Notes under the pieces: generated by a model | What the model saw: the letters and a program-made list of their open reading frames with translations, nothing else | What the model was told of the DNA's origin: nothing | The model's database searches: none | Part shown: piece by piece, positions 13,701-26,073 of the stretch | Numbering within the stretch: the stretch's first letter is position 1 | Layout: every line of letters begins with the position of its first letter | DNA from: Stylophora pistillata | Lineage: Eukaryota | NCBI RefSeq assembly: GCF_002571385.2 | Contig: NW_019217815.1 | Span: 882,097-946,096, forward strand | Length of the DNA stretch: 64,000 bases | Direction: 5' to 3' | Program-made: the position numbers and the translations under genes

Positions 13701-16555
13701 GCATGAATGTAATGAAACGCACAGTAAGAGCAAAGTGCCTGAAGCGCAGGAGAATGGCATCAACTAAGTCACGATAGTCTAAGTGTGGCACCTAATTTTA
13801 TCTGAAGAGTGGCTTGAGTTTTCTTGACCAATCACAGAGCAAATTAATCATAACCAATGCAATCACGATTTATTTACAGAGTACGTTTCGATAAAGTGCC
13901 GTAGAACCAAAGTAATGACAAAACCCTCTCTGCAGAAAGGAAAATATCGCGGGGAGACAAGGAGAACGCTCAGTAAAAATAAATAAACTGCTTAAAGCGC
14001 GGGAAAAGGCGGGCGATCAAGTCATGAACGGTTTTAGTTTTCAATCTGATTGGTTGAGGGGATGGCTCTGGTTTCTGAACCAATCACAGTGCGAAGAAAG
14101 CAAGACCATAGTGACCTAGGACTATTTTTTATTGTCAATTGGAAATTGATTCAACACTGACCTGTAATTTGCAGTAAGGCAACTTGGTTTATACAGAATT
14201 TGTTTCTTACCCTGTGTTTTTGTAGGGTGAGCTTCGTGGAATTCGGGGACTGGTGCCTTCGAATTTTCTCGAAAGTTTGTCTGATCCGATGGAGGAGTCT
14301 CACCCCGACACAAGTAACGACAGCTATGTAAGTCACGTGACTTGAGTTTTGTTACTGTTTCAACCATGACTACTTCCTCCTGTTTTTGTGTTGTGTTGTG
14401 TTGTGTTGTGTTGTGTTAGTCTCAGTAATGTTATTCTTTTATTCTTTCCTATCAGATGGATCTCTGTGCATGTTTCTTCTTTACCCTTAGAATGGCTCCT
14501 TCCCTCTTTCCTTGCGCTTGGGCTTTCCTTTTTTCGGTGACACCTGTTCACGTTAATGTAGTCAACTGATTTAACTCTGCCCTCAACTTGCCCTTAAATT
14601 GACACGAAAGATTCCTTCGAGATTGACGTTTTCATCAAATGCAGTCGAAGAAAGCCCTTGGCTTCTCATTCATGACCCGTTGCTAAGCAACTCAACATAT
14701 CCTTATTGGCTGATGAAGAGCTGAAATTAATTCTGCATAATCTGGTTCTTGGTTGTTGGTTTGCTAAACCTACTCAATCGATTTCCTTTGACTGCACGTA
14801 AATAGTACCAGTGTGTTTGATTGAATTCTCACATAACTCTTCCCTGTTCTGTTGATGTTCTGAAGCCTTCTAACAGTACTTATCAGTTAAGTGTTTTAAC
14901 TATCATACCGCTAGGACTCTTCGCATTTTACTGTTATCTGAAGTGAAGAACGACCTTGGAACAGCGGCAAGGAAAAACTCAATTTATGTTAGTACTATAG
15001 ACACTTTTCATGTTGTAGGGAATTAACTTTAACGTTAACGAGAACGGCAGAAAACTTCAATACTTGCTTGTGAAGTCACTCAAGAAAACTAGGCTGGTAA
15101 CCATTAGAATAAAATGTCGTGCTGAATAGTTAAAAAAAAAAGACATTACTAGCCTGTCTATTATAAAGTGAAACGCCATATTTTTCTTTGTATTGATATT
15201 TTTACTTTTCTTTGCTTTCTTTTGTGTCATTTTGTTAATTTTGGCTTCTCTGTTACGTTCACTCACTTTTACTTTTCCAATCTTTATTTTCTATTGTTTT
15301 CTTTTCACCGTGTTCTTTGGTATTGTTTTCCCTTTCCGTTTTTTCGCGTACGTTTTGTTTACTTTTGTTGTTTTTGTGTTTATGCATACCATTGAACTAA
15401 TTATTCCTCAGTACGGTATCTGTGAAAATCTTTTATTTCTACGCATGCTATGACAGGGTGAAAAAAGATTATGAATTCAGACTGCTGTCCGTAGCAGTAT
15501 TCAAAACTGAATTTAACATCTTTCTTTTAAAACAGGGTTTGTTTACTTTTGTCTGAAATTCCTCGGTTTCTATTACTCGAAATGTTTTATCCCGCTTGAT
15601 AGTCATTTTACCTCTCGAAAGTTGAATTTTTTTTAAAAAGAGTAATCCAATTTTGTTCACGCGATAGTGATATACAGGAGTAAACTATTTCCGAACGTGT
15701 TTTAACCAGATCGGACCCTGTTTTAGCCCTGTGTAATGCAACCCCTACCCTAACCAAAAAATATACAAAAATATATAATTAGTAATATAGAGAGCTCTCG
15801 GCCACAAAATAGCGGCTTTGTTCATTGGGTGAACAGTGGGGCTTTTAAACAGAAATGTTAACTTCATTACCTGCATGTTAAAACGCTCTTTACAGGAATG
15901 GGATGGTTTGCTGTTTAGGTTCATCTACAAACTTTGGCAACATTGTTTTTGACGGAGATTCATTCATCAATGACTACATTTACCACAGAACTGGTGGTCG
16001 AAAACAATACAATCTGCTGAAACTACCGTCAAACCTTCAGAGTTATTTCTTCTATACAAACTTTTCTACCCCAAAACCATTTTTTTTTTCAAATAAAACA
16101 CGGTTCTTCATTGACCTTTTTTTTAAAGGAGCAGTGGCATGTTATTTTTATTACCTACAAAATTACCTTCAGGTTGAACAAAGCGAGACACGAACGTGAA
16201 AAACTCAAGCTGATTGTTCTTACATGTACTTACATATACAAAACGTGACATAGCTCCTTTCAAGTTTTCAAGTGGAAGTGGCCATCCGCTAAAGGAAGGA
16301 AACGACTCAGTTGTCTTCCGCTACATCAACGTGTCGCGTAACTACGTATTATGAAGTAAGCAAAAACTGTCACATTTGTTTTTTCAGGAGTCTCCCGTGG
16401 ATTCCTCAGACAAGTATAACTCACCCAATGGTACTTACAGCGTTCCAGATGACACGCCCAAAAAGAAGAAGGGAATCTTTTCCAAAGGAAAACAAATGTT
16501 TAAAAAGATCGCCAAAGGACACAATTCGCCTCGAGGGAGCAGTTCCAAAAGATAG
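772..16555 (+). CDS. RIMBP2: RIMS-binding protein (RIM-BP/RIMBP2-like), 5'-partial, 18 exons in window
   Basis: Phase-compatible AG/GT exons: 772-876, 1618-1861, 1956-2246, 2551-2826, 3645-3916, 4325-4400, 5114-5152, 5603-5701, 6291-6500, 6992-7182, 7852-7933, 8161-8457, 9215-10044, 11265-12236, 12563-12934, 13446-13517, 14226-14327, 16388-16555 (4698 nt, open to TAG). Domains: coiled coil; SH3 (YIARYSYDPQQYSPNENPDMEL...GFVPSNFVEKV); three FN3 (VPSPRRL, APSHVHV, LPDPPLDV..GTSNGARVTGYKVY); two SH3 (FLALYDYDPATMSPNPDAEEEEL, MVALFDYDPQTLSPNPDSEVEL). This is the diagnostic RIM-BP architecture. Confidence 0.93.
1005..1335 (+). mobile_element. Degenerate Penelope-like element 3' remnant (same family as 62060-62480)
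   Basis: AGATGTCAACAACTACCAGCACCATACAAG = RCQQLPAPYK, matching FNRCQLLPAPYKRLVHD at 62153-62203. It is followed by a decayed hammerhead-like CTGATGCTGAC...CAGGTTATCAAAAGC and an ACAACAGTCCTT...CTCACCCAGA tail. Confidence 0.6.
2871..3108. mobile_element. Short hairpin-type non-autonomous element (degenerate)
   Basis: Palindrome TCAAAAAA...TTTTTTGA at 2871-2916, then a segment bounded by inverted TATTTCATACATACTGAGATTT / AAATCTCAGTATG..GTATGAAATA that contains CCAATCAGA. Confidence 0.5.
3255..3585 (+). mobile_element. Degenerate tRNA-derived SINE with (ATT)n tail
   Basis: A-box-like GGCGTAGTAGTGAGAGCACTC, B-box-like GTTCGATTTCC, body GGTTTTTCTCCAGGTCCTCCAGTTT...AAATTCCAACTTGA, and an (ATT)n tail at ~3550-3582. 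Confidence 0.6.
4663..4748. repeat. (CT)n microsatellite adjoining assembly gap 4584-4662
   Basis: Direct read. Confidence 0.95.
6760..6925 (+). mobile_element. Penelope-associated short element with minimal hammerhead-like motif (degenerate)
   Basis: CTAACGA-AGGGCTAAAGCTC-GAAA-CGTC at 6803-6830. Same family as 7546-7781 and 55175-55335. Confidence 0.6.
7546..7781. mobile_element. Fold-back Penelope-associated non-autonomous element carrying a minimal hammerhead motif; 13-bp TSD
   Basis: Perfect ~80-bp inverted arms over 7544-7722. The core on the minus strand reads CCGACGA-AGGGCTAACGCTC-GAAA-CGTC. Direct repeat AAATTTCATTTTA at 7533-7545 and 7782-7794. Confidence 0.75.
10190..10619 (-). 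mobile_element. tRNA-derived SINE, apparently full length
   Basis: Minus strand begins ACCGCCTCCCGGTTAGCTCAATTGGTTGAGCGCCGGACTGCTGTGCGGGAGGTCGAGGGTTCAAGCCCCGGCCGG (Pol III A and B boxes), followed by a ~350-nt body and a (TTA)n tail. Confidence 0.85.
14386..14417. repeat. (TTGTG)n microsatellite
   Basis: Direct read. Confidence 0.9.
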
Positions 16556-17250
16556 CGCTGCTCAGCTAGCCAGCTGCTTTTAGTTATTGAAGTGATCAAA
16601 TGAACGAAATTTAGTTTTATAGCTTTCAGAGAAGTCCAATTTTGTATACGGGGTGTATTTTATCCAGTGTAAACGGGTTTACTACTGTATATGTAGGCTT
16701 GGCCCTTAATTTATAAAAACCCGAAGAGTTATATCGGGTGCTTCCCTTGATATGGAAGTTATTTACGTGCTTTTCAGTCGGTCAAGGCTATGGCAGATGC
16801 TTGTTATACATACTCGCGCGCATTTTGAAATTTTTTCACCGAACGTTACCGATTTGTTCTCATTCATACACAAAATAACGGACGCATTTAGTTCTTACTC
16901 TACTGATAACTTGTCTAAACTTTTAAACTTGAAATCCGAAATGTTTATATGTAATATATCTGGTTGAACAATGACCGATTTGTAAATGTGACGCCAAGTT
17001 AGCCTTATATTATATTGTATTGTATTTCCGAAAAAAGTGTTATGTTAGCCATTATCATATAATTTATTTAGCAGAGTTGTATACCAGTGTAGTCACTTAC
17101 AGTCGCCATTAAATACTATTTTGCGGAGAACAGTCGTGAAGTATTGGTTCCAGGTGTTTTGGTGACAGGGAACGTGCGCAACATTGCAGAGGCTGGCGTT
17201 GTTCTCAAAACTATTTCGCAAATCCCCAAGAACAAGCCCGTGAAATTTTT

Positions 17251-17552
17251 AACAAATAAATTTCACGTTGCCGAACGTCTGATAAGTAGTAGATGACCGA
17301 TGACGTCAAAATGTAGTAAGAACAAAAAAGTGTCGCAGAGGCGCAGCCGAATGCGTCACGGATGTTCTTATCACATTTTCCCGTCTTCTATGATCTGTTA
17401 TTGTACAGACCCGCGGCATCATGGAATATCTATTTGTTATATATGATCATAAACAAAATATCAGCGGTGATATCATCTATGCGACTGTGCTCCATTAGAG
17501 CATAAGTAAGAATCGATCATATTACGCGTGGAACTCAGCTTATCCTCTAATA
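17251..17552. mobile_element. Long imperfect hairpin element between convergent RIMBP and PGGHG 3' ends
   Basis: Inverted arms AACAAATAAATTTCACGTTGCCG / CGGCATCATGGAATATCTATTTGTT (17251-17438). Apex GA-GGC-GCA-GCC-GA at 17338-17350. Confidence 0.6.
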
Positions 17553-17686
17553 AGCATTTAGGATAAAATTGTCTTGGCGAAATCCTGCTATGAAACTGTT
17601 GCTTCCTGGTGTATGTGATCTCCATTTGATAATTCAAGGAAGGATCCGTTGACTGTTCAAGTCAATATTGTGTTCACGAAAACTTG

Positions 17687-20600
17687 TTACCAGATTACTT
17701 CGTTGGTGTTGAGAGGGTTTATAATGATTGGTTCATTGGACACTTTAATTTTCTCCCTAATCTTTAAACGATACTTCTCCTGTGAACTGAGAACAGTCAA
17801 CTGGAGAACAGGGGCTGATTCTTGACGTGCTGTAACGATAATCTGCGAATGCGATGAACCAACCACAAAGTCTATGCTGTTTCCATGGTAATCGATTCCA
17901 ACGAAATTTAATCCCGTGCACCCGGGTGGAAGCTTGGGGTTGAATTGAAGTTGTCTTTCATTGCGTAGACGCAGTCCGCCATAACCGGACAGAATGGATT
18001 GAAGAAATCCACCTGCTCCTGTGATGAAGTTCACAGCACCTCCACCGTCCGCTCCCTCGGTCCAAACCATGAAGGGAACCTTCGCGTTTACGTAGCTAGC
18101 ATTGAATGACTTCTCCGCTTTAGAATTTTCCCCGATATCCAACCAGTTAATAGCGAACATAGATTTGGTCATGGCGGGCCCCCGCGGATTCGTCCTGGGC
18201 TCGTAGAAACTCAGATCATTTTGTCGTAACTGTAAGCTCATGTTTACCATTAGTGGATATCCGAGTAGAATTACGTCGGCTTGTTTAACTTCGATCCCTC
18301 GGTACCCATCGTACTCGGGATGATAGTCGTTTGTAGAATCAAACGGTATGTACATATTCTGTGCTATCGTTTTCCACTTTTCGGAGGCATTCGGTAGGAC
18401 CTCGTAGGCGAATTCGAGATTTAGTTTCGCGATCGTGTTTGTGTAGGCCGAATTATTCACTACCTCAGCATCTTCGTCCGGTGGCATAACGTTGTAGATG
18501 ACGTAACCTCTTTTAGAGTCGTTATAGGTCGCGCGACTCGCCCAGAATTCCGCAGTGGCTCGAATGAGGGGAAAGGCCTGGTGCTGAAGCCATTGTTGAT
18601 CTCCTGATGCCATCCACAACTGCCTGACTGCGAATGCAATGTCGCCCGTGATGTGCTGCTCGTAATCGGAATAAATCTCCCCGGGGCACACCTCTGAACC
18701 AGTTACGGCACTTTCCCATGGGAACATAGCTCCTTTATAAAAAGATTTTAAAAAATGAGATTTTAACGCAAAAAGGTGCACATGCTCACGAATGATACGG
18801 AAACAAAGAAGCAAAGAAGCTCAATTTTTTTTCCTCTTTAACTTGTGGAGGAGGTCACGTCTGGAATCTGAAAACCTTCAGTTGTTTCATTTTTAGTTGG
18901 TATACGTTACACGGAATCATTTCCTCGTTAACTACCTTGGAATCCATATTTCTTGGCCTTTTCTTCAGCTGCCTGGAGTCGCTCAAACCTGTAGGCGAGA
19001 CACGTCCGCGCCAAATCTTGGTGTAAAAGGAGAAGCGGGGGAAACATCCACGTCTCCTGATCCCAGAACACGTGACCATCATAACCATCAGTAGCCAGGC
19101 CTCCGGGACTCAGACCGAATATCCTCGAGGGACGAAGGGAGCTGGAAGACGAAAAAAAATTGATTGCTGATCACGATTGTAAAACTCACTCCTTACAAAG
19201 TTGTAACGTTAGTCGAGTTTGGGTCTAGGTTATGAATTGTATCAGTCATCCAGTTGAGAATAAGATAAAGAGAAAATAATTCAAATACTGGAAAATTATA
19301 GAAGAATGATTGACGTTTCGGCCATATCACACGGCCTTCATCATGAACTGCCGAGTCAGCTTAGGTGTTCCGTTACGCTTTATCAAGGCTCGACATTTTA
19401 TCTATTAACCCATGACAGTGATTGAAGTTTCGCTTTAAAGAGAAAATCATGATCCTACTCTTTCCAGTGAGTTCACTTATCGGATTAAAGGATTTTCCTA
19501 ATGTTCTTAAGGTTTTTCAAAAAAGGCACCAATCTAATTGGATATGGGTGGACACACACACAAAAAAAATTGGAACGCTGGCACGTTTAATATCACACGC
19601 AACCATAAGCATAGTCTATCTTGTAATTCCGTGACATTTTGCTTTTTGAAATTGCTCTCTTACCACGAACTTTTGTCGCATAAGTCATTTTTTCCTTACG
19701 GCAATGTCAGCCCCCCCTTCCCGCCCCCCCCCGCAAAACCCTTCCTTTTAAGGCGTCTGTATGAAGGAATAAGGCACGGAGGGGGAGGGGGAGGGGGGGC
19801 TTTAACCCTCTACACTTTATCCTACTACAAACATTTCCTAAGGTGCTTAGTGATCATTTCCTCTATTCTCGTAACCTTATCGACTTATTCAGGGGTGATA
19901 TGTAAGGAGAAATTAGATGCTAATCACTCTTACGGGTTTGGAGATTAAAGATCGGAGAGGCTTATCACGAGAAAACGTCTTTTCGTGAGAAATTAAAGCT
20001 GATATCGATGGGTTAAGCAACTGAAGGGTCTTACCTACTTAATTGACACTAACGTTGATTGAATATCCTCAACTCTCAAGATCTAATTAGTAATTCTACT
20101 CATAATAACCACGCTTTTCCTTGTAAAAGAGTTAGGAGAAGTTTGTGTTTCATCAGGATGACAGCCTGAAAGGTTTGTTGGTTTGAATCCAGTTTTGCTG
20201 GATATCAATAGGATTGATATTGCATTAGGATCGAGGAGTTATACGTCATCCACCTCTACGAGTTACAGAGGGAAATGTTTATGGATTGTTACATCTCACT
20301 GGGTTTTGATTTGATCTTCGATTGAATGAACTCAAATTGGGCAAATAAAAAGAAAAAAATAGTTTGTTAAGAGCTAAAACCACGGTGGAAAACGGTCAAG
20401 TGAAATTTCCTACTGCAGTCTAACACTTTAACAAGCATTATCGAAAATAATATCGCCTTAATTCAATAATAAAGGATTACATTTAAGCCTTCTAGCCTAA
20501 AAAACAATAGTAAACATAAAAAGAACAGGATGTAGTGTTCAGGTTACCTAAGTGTGTAATAAAGACTCCCGGAAACTGACTGGGCCAGTGTAAGATTGCC

Positions 20601-21422
20601 TTCCACTTCAATGCTTCCAGCGTCCCAAACTTCTTTCCAAGCCTGAATGTGACTCTCGAGGAGTGTTTCCGGTTGTTCCATAGCCTCCGTATAAGCCTGG
20701 TGGGCGCTTGTCAAGAAATCCTTGGCGTCTAAACTGGTCGCTATTGCCGTGATGAAGTAATAGGTTTGAGTCTTCGAGGAAGGAGGGATGTCTAAACGGG
20801 GGGGTATATCTCCCCAAACAACCGCCACCCCCTCCCTCGGACTGATCGGCTCCTCTGTTATCTTAATGTACCCAGACATGGAATTGATCTTGGGGTCATC
20901 CCGAGATTGACGCGAAAAATCGCCTCTTTTGAAATCAATATCAACGCTCGGCGGTCCATATACATTGCTCATAAACAAACTGACTGTGTCATGCATGTTG
21001 TTTTGCCAGGCTATCTCCGTGACAAGCAAATGCTGATAAACGCGATGAGCATAAATTCGCTGTTCCAAGGTGAAGTTATCTATGTGTAGCCGGTGATAGA
21101 ACACTCCTTCTGCCACATTGAGGCTGAAGAGCTCGTCAGTGGCATTAGAGGAGATATTGGTTCGTACGACGATCGCCGACGTCGAAGGAATTCTCGCTCT
21201 GTGACTCGGGCTTTGTGTCCCCCTCCCGTTGAAGATCCCAGACACGTAAACCGTGTCGCTGTAAACTGTAGTGGCCAAATATCCATTACCAACACTCGGG
21301 TGCAATCGAGGATCATACGGAAGGCTCGATGACTCAAAGTTTGTTGCATTTGGTGCAGCGTGAACAGTACGAAAGAAGCAAACCATTGACAAAGCGATAA
21401 TCACTTCATTTGCGGACGCCAT
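17687..21422 (-). CDS. PGGHG: Protein-glucosylgalactosylhydroxylysine glucosidase / acid trehalase-like (GH65), ~708 aa, with signal peptide
   Basis: Exons 21422-20548, 19141-18936 and 18732-17687 join in frame (2127 nt). GH65 motifs: GLSPGGLATDGYDGHVFWDQETW, FPWESA, EQHITGDIAFA, PPDE, EVKQADVILLGYP, WTEGADGGGAVNFITGAGGFLQ. Confidence 0.92.
19312..19344 (-). ncRNA. Minimal hammerhead ribozyme-like motif (Penelope type), intronic
   Basis: Minus strand ATGATGA-A-GGCC(GTGTGATAT)GGCC-GAAA-CGTC. The first core C is replaced by A, so it is probably inactive. Confidence 0.5.
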
Positions 21423-23056
21423 GCCTTTGACTTGTCGGTGGTTTTTCTGCGATTCGTACGGCCGTAATTCAGGTCGGTATTTCCTTCGTTTACTACTGAT
21501 GCTTTATCCAATTTCAAGGTTTTTATTTCTTCAAAAACTAAACGGTAGAATTACCTCTGTTTTGTTTGTATCCCACGTTGTCTGATTTTGTCACAGTCTG
21601 GAATTATACGTTGAAGATCGGAATGCGCACGACTTACATGAAATTTGATCAGCTGAGGTTGAATTATTAACTTTCACCACAATTAAAATAATTATGATAA
21701 TAAAAGAATCATAAGTTACAAACAACGGAAGCAAATGAACATAAACCATCAAAGTGCAAAAGTTGCATTCCATCAGAAAGAAAAGAAAAAGAAAAGTTAT
21801 ATTCCATTAGAAAGGATGCCGTTCTGTTCGTTGCTCGATTAGTGAATTATGCAACCAAGTCACCCCTTCGTCGTCGCGTCGAGTGCCGTATTTTGTGAGG
21901 AAATTATTCCCTCTTTTTCAGCTGCTCCCCCGCCTTCTCTTCATGTCTCCACCCTGCCCCGCTGCCATGACTTATTTTCTGTTCCTCATACTACCTTTCC
22001 CTAAGCAGGCTATAAAAGTAGTTTAGGGTAATGGCTGCAATCCGGGTTTCCAAGATATAGTAGTTCACGAACCTGAGAGAGTGACCGAGCTTGAGAATAT
22101 ACATTTTGTGCTGTGTTTTTTGGAAAAAGAGACGCGAAAGAAATGGGAACACAGATCAGTGCTGATGAAAGTTTGTAAATGGCAGACTCGATTCCGCCTG
22201 GGTTTGTAGGGAAAAATTATGGGGAGCGCGGGGTGGGGCGAAGGTTATTTAGGAGTTTAATATACTTCTTCGTGAGCAAAAAGCNNNNNNNNNNNGGGGA
22301 GAAGTGATTGCGTTGTTTTCTAACAAGAGAGCTTCAGGCGCCTATAGTGCCACTCTCCAACCAGGGGTGTAAATGGGCTCCAGCACACTGACAAAACATC
22401 GGAGCGAGGAGGGAGGGGAAGCGGTAACTGAGATGGCTCTGCGTCACATCAAAGAGGATCAAAATAGTTATGCCCCTGGTCGAACATGGAAGGCGCACCG
22501 GCCAGGCCACTCAGCCTCCAGGTCGAAATCCTTGTAGATGATTTGAAATTCGGGTATCTGTTTGCACATGTAGCGCACTTAACTCAGGCCACGAAAAATT
22601 GTGCGGGATCAGACTCAAAGGGAGGTTTAAGGTTAATGCATGGTTCATGGACTATTGCACGTTTGCACTGACGGCACGCGATATTACGTAATAGCCTCGG
22701 TACTGACCATCTGCTGATGAAAGTGAACTAATAACTATCACAATAAAAGCTCAATCCCTAGCCAGCAGTTGTTAAAACAGACTGCATTTGTTGTGTACTT
22801 CTAGAATATGTTAGCGACCAGCCCTTTTTTCATGTGTAGCTCAGTTTGTACGGAAATATGGTTCAGTCTAGAATGCTCATAATTCATCCGTGTCGTATGT
22901 AAACAGATTAAGAAAATATGGCAAAGTTGAGCTCGTTTATCGAATAAAATTTTTACGAGCGTCCCCAATACCACTTGTACCTGATAACCCTTTTCAAAAA
23001 TGGGGGCTGAAACTCATCACAGTGAAATGAACTGCACAAGACATTATTTCTGCGCT

Positions 23057-23488
23057 AAAATAACCTGGACAACCTTTGTAGTGTTTGTCTTAAAAATTTC
23101 ATTTGCTTGGTTGCGGCAGCATTAGCCGAGAAAACTTGTCGTGATTAAAAATGTGAAAAAATAATCAGAATGACATTTTTACGAATTGGATTATTTGCTC
23201 TCCTAATTTGGACCCTTCGCCCTCAAGATTTTAATTTAATTCTCCTTGCTTTCCACCATATAAAATAACTTGGACAACCTTTTAAGTGGTTGTCTTAAAA
23301 AGTTTCATTTGCCTGGTTGCGGCTGTATCAGCCGAGAAAACCTGTCGTGATTTTAACTGTGAAAAAATAATAATGACATTTTTTCGAATTGGATTATTTG
23401 CTTAACTTGTTTCAGGTTGTCATTTCTCTCCTAATTTGAACCCTTCGCCCTCAAGATCTTAGTTTGATTTTCCTTGCTTTCTGCCATA
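23057..23488. repeat. Diverged ~205-bp tandem duplication
   Basis: AAAATAACCTGGACAACCTTT...CCTTGCTTTCCACCATA at 23057-23260 is repeated from 23262 with a ~23-bp insertion. Confidence 0.85.
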
Positions 23489-23680
23489 TGTTCCTCATAA
23501 TTTTAACTCTAAGAATTCAGTGTTAAAAAGCATTATCTCCCGGCGGGATAACTTATGTTCTTTTGTTCATAGTCGATAATTATCTTTTTTCTGGGCTTTA
23601 CCTTTCTTCTTTTCAGTATATTGTTGAGTGGCGCAAGGAAAAAAATTCTCAATTGTCTGTGCTGAGAGTGAAAGGGTTAA
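23438..23680. mobile_element. MITE with AACCCTT...AAAGGGTTAA ends (piggyBac-like TTAA/CCC); related decayed copies near 10995-11160, 19802-19948, 20070-20265, 32225-32400
   Basis: Short terminal inverted repeats ending in GGGTTAA, plus a shared internal AAGATCT...TAATTCTC...GAGAATTTGG-like body in the other copies. Confidence 0.45.
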
Positions 23681-26073
23681 GTTAACATTCTCGGCTTCCA
23701 CTGTCATTTTGGAGAGGGGTCTAACTTCTCAGTGAGCTCAGATTCTATGACAGTAAAGAGAGAAACCGAAAATATCCCTGACACAACCCTTAGGTTGTTG
23801 CTTTATAAAAGATATCTTTGAAGTAACATAGACAAATATCCTTCATTTTTGACAAATTTTCGTCTTTATCTTGAGAGAATCAGATTATTCGTATATCTAG
23901 CTTAAAATTTCGTAATCAGTATAAGCAAATTTATTAATAAAAAAGAATTCAAAACGTCCAGGACATCTTAATTGCTAATATTTCACTTTCAGAGGAAAAA
24001 TTAATACACTCTAAGAGGGATCTAAAATTGATATTTCCCAAGTTTAACATAGATATTCTAAGTGAAGTACAAAGGTCGTTTTCGCAAGACATAATGACGC
24101 TGTTTAACGGAAAAATCATTAGAATCGTAGAACATGGGGGGTTTATAATCCTAACTAGTGAAACAATGCCTTAAGCGCATTACAGGATACTTGAGATTAA
24201 ACCAATTTACTGCTGTCTGACACTGCGGTGCACGTTACAAAGTTAAGAACGCGTCAAAGCCGGTATAATTGCAAACGGAGCAATGTCTGTTTCAGCTGGC
24301 GCATGGTCAAGCTGACTTTAAATGCGAACTGGACTTAGTCTTCTTGACAAGATGCTTAGGATTTCTGAACCGTCTTCCTGCCCTGCCGTTTTTACCGCTG
24401 CCATTTCTCAGTGCGTCTCGGAGGTGGAAACCGGCACGTTGTTATCCCTGTGTTACGATCTATGAAACAACAGGGCATCTCTTTACTTCTGAAGCCCATC
24501 ACATTACATAACACTGCAGAATTCCTTTTTACTTTGCTGTTCAATTGCCAGTTGCCTACCATGTCCAAAAGTACCACACAACGAACATGCCAGCTCTCGA
24601 ATCCGGACAAGAGCCACGTGATTAAAGGTGCCAAAAGTGTACTCTTATTATGATTAATTTTTCGCACTTTTCATGAAGTGAAGTACATGGCTTTATCTCT
24701 TCCCCTACATTCAGACTGCACTTATGGTTCTAGATGCCCCGTTGAGTACTGATTTGAGATTTCCGGGGGAAAACTAAAGTAGAACTGTGACATCTATTAA
24801 TGGAACATCGAGGTTCATTTCACTGCGCGCAAACAAGTTTTTGTGATCAGTTCATTTTGCAGAATGCAAAACTCGGTTTTTGATCTGAATCACCTGATGA
24901 TCTGGGCGCAAGTAGTTGTAAGCATGGATTCTAACGAGCACTACAAATGATCTCTCATCGGCCGTATCTCCTCGCGCTAGACCTTTGGTTTATATGTACA
25001 GTGAGCCACATATCGTGAGCATTCGTGAGGACAGCGAGTTAAAGCGTTATAACCATGGCGTTAAATAAAATCTGATTTTATTCATTTTCCCCATATTCCT
25101 CAAATCAGCACTCAGATCATACTCACAAAGTATATATTTTGGTTTTGACCCCCCAAACGGCTGAAAGCAGAAGGCAAGAAATTCAATTCCTGTCCTTTCG
25201 GTAGCCTTTAGCGACGCCGTTCACGTTATACTCTAGTATTACCAGAAGAAGGAAATACAGATGGTTTTGTAATGTAAGATGTTGAAGTTTACTGCACAAT
25301 TACGGAAAATGCAGAGTATCATTGATGATAAACTGTGATTGAAGAAAATTGATGATAGTAGTGATAGATGAACTGAGAATTGCAATTGATTGATGTGAAT
25401 AACTCTCTCTCGTATTTCGATCGTAGATTCAAGGTAAAACTAAAAAACTTAATTAAACTAAAAATTAAAACAAAGGATGGTATCTTGTCAGTGGTAAGAA
25501 GATATTTCTGAAACAGAAAAGAAAATGACACAAAAGGCGACCAAAAGTTAGAATATTAATGCTGTTAACTTCTGATCTGTTTATTCAAATGAATTCCTTG
25601 AATTCTACGATCTTTTTAAACCGGATGTTCCTTTCTATGTATTGCACAGTTTATTTATATTATGGCCATATCTCGGACAGACCATTGTTTAAAAATTTTG
25701 CCTCATAAACATGTCTTCTAATGTCTCAGCAAAGTTAGTTTGATGTTGACACGGCTTGTCTCTTCAAACTTGCAAGATCTTTGATCTCTTTGTTTCTTCT
25801 TTAAACATTTTGTGTCGAAACTGTGGTTTTATTAAAACCTGGATCAGCTGTGATTGGTCTATCTCATCACACGTGTGGGACGTGTAAACAATCCGGAGGG
25901 TTATTGCGTTTTCTACTTTCTATTAATAAACTACAGAGTTTGTGACGCAGAGATGCAGATTTTGTCGTATCGATTATTTACTTTCCTCGCGGAAAAACAA
26001 ACAAGATTTCAAATATGCCTTCGGCATGTATGCAAGAGACACATCGATTAATGTTTGAATCGAAAACGCCACG

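Noticed and set aside
15168-15453. Hydrophobic Phe-rich ORFs resembling membrane proteins
   Set aside because: Translation of a T-rich intronic tract.
17687-21422. Horizontal transfer of GH65 from bacteria
   Set aside because: It has spliceosomal introns and motifs matching the animal PGGHG subfamily.
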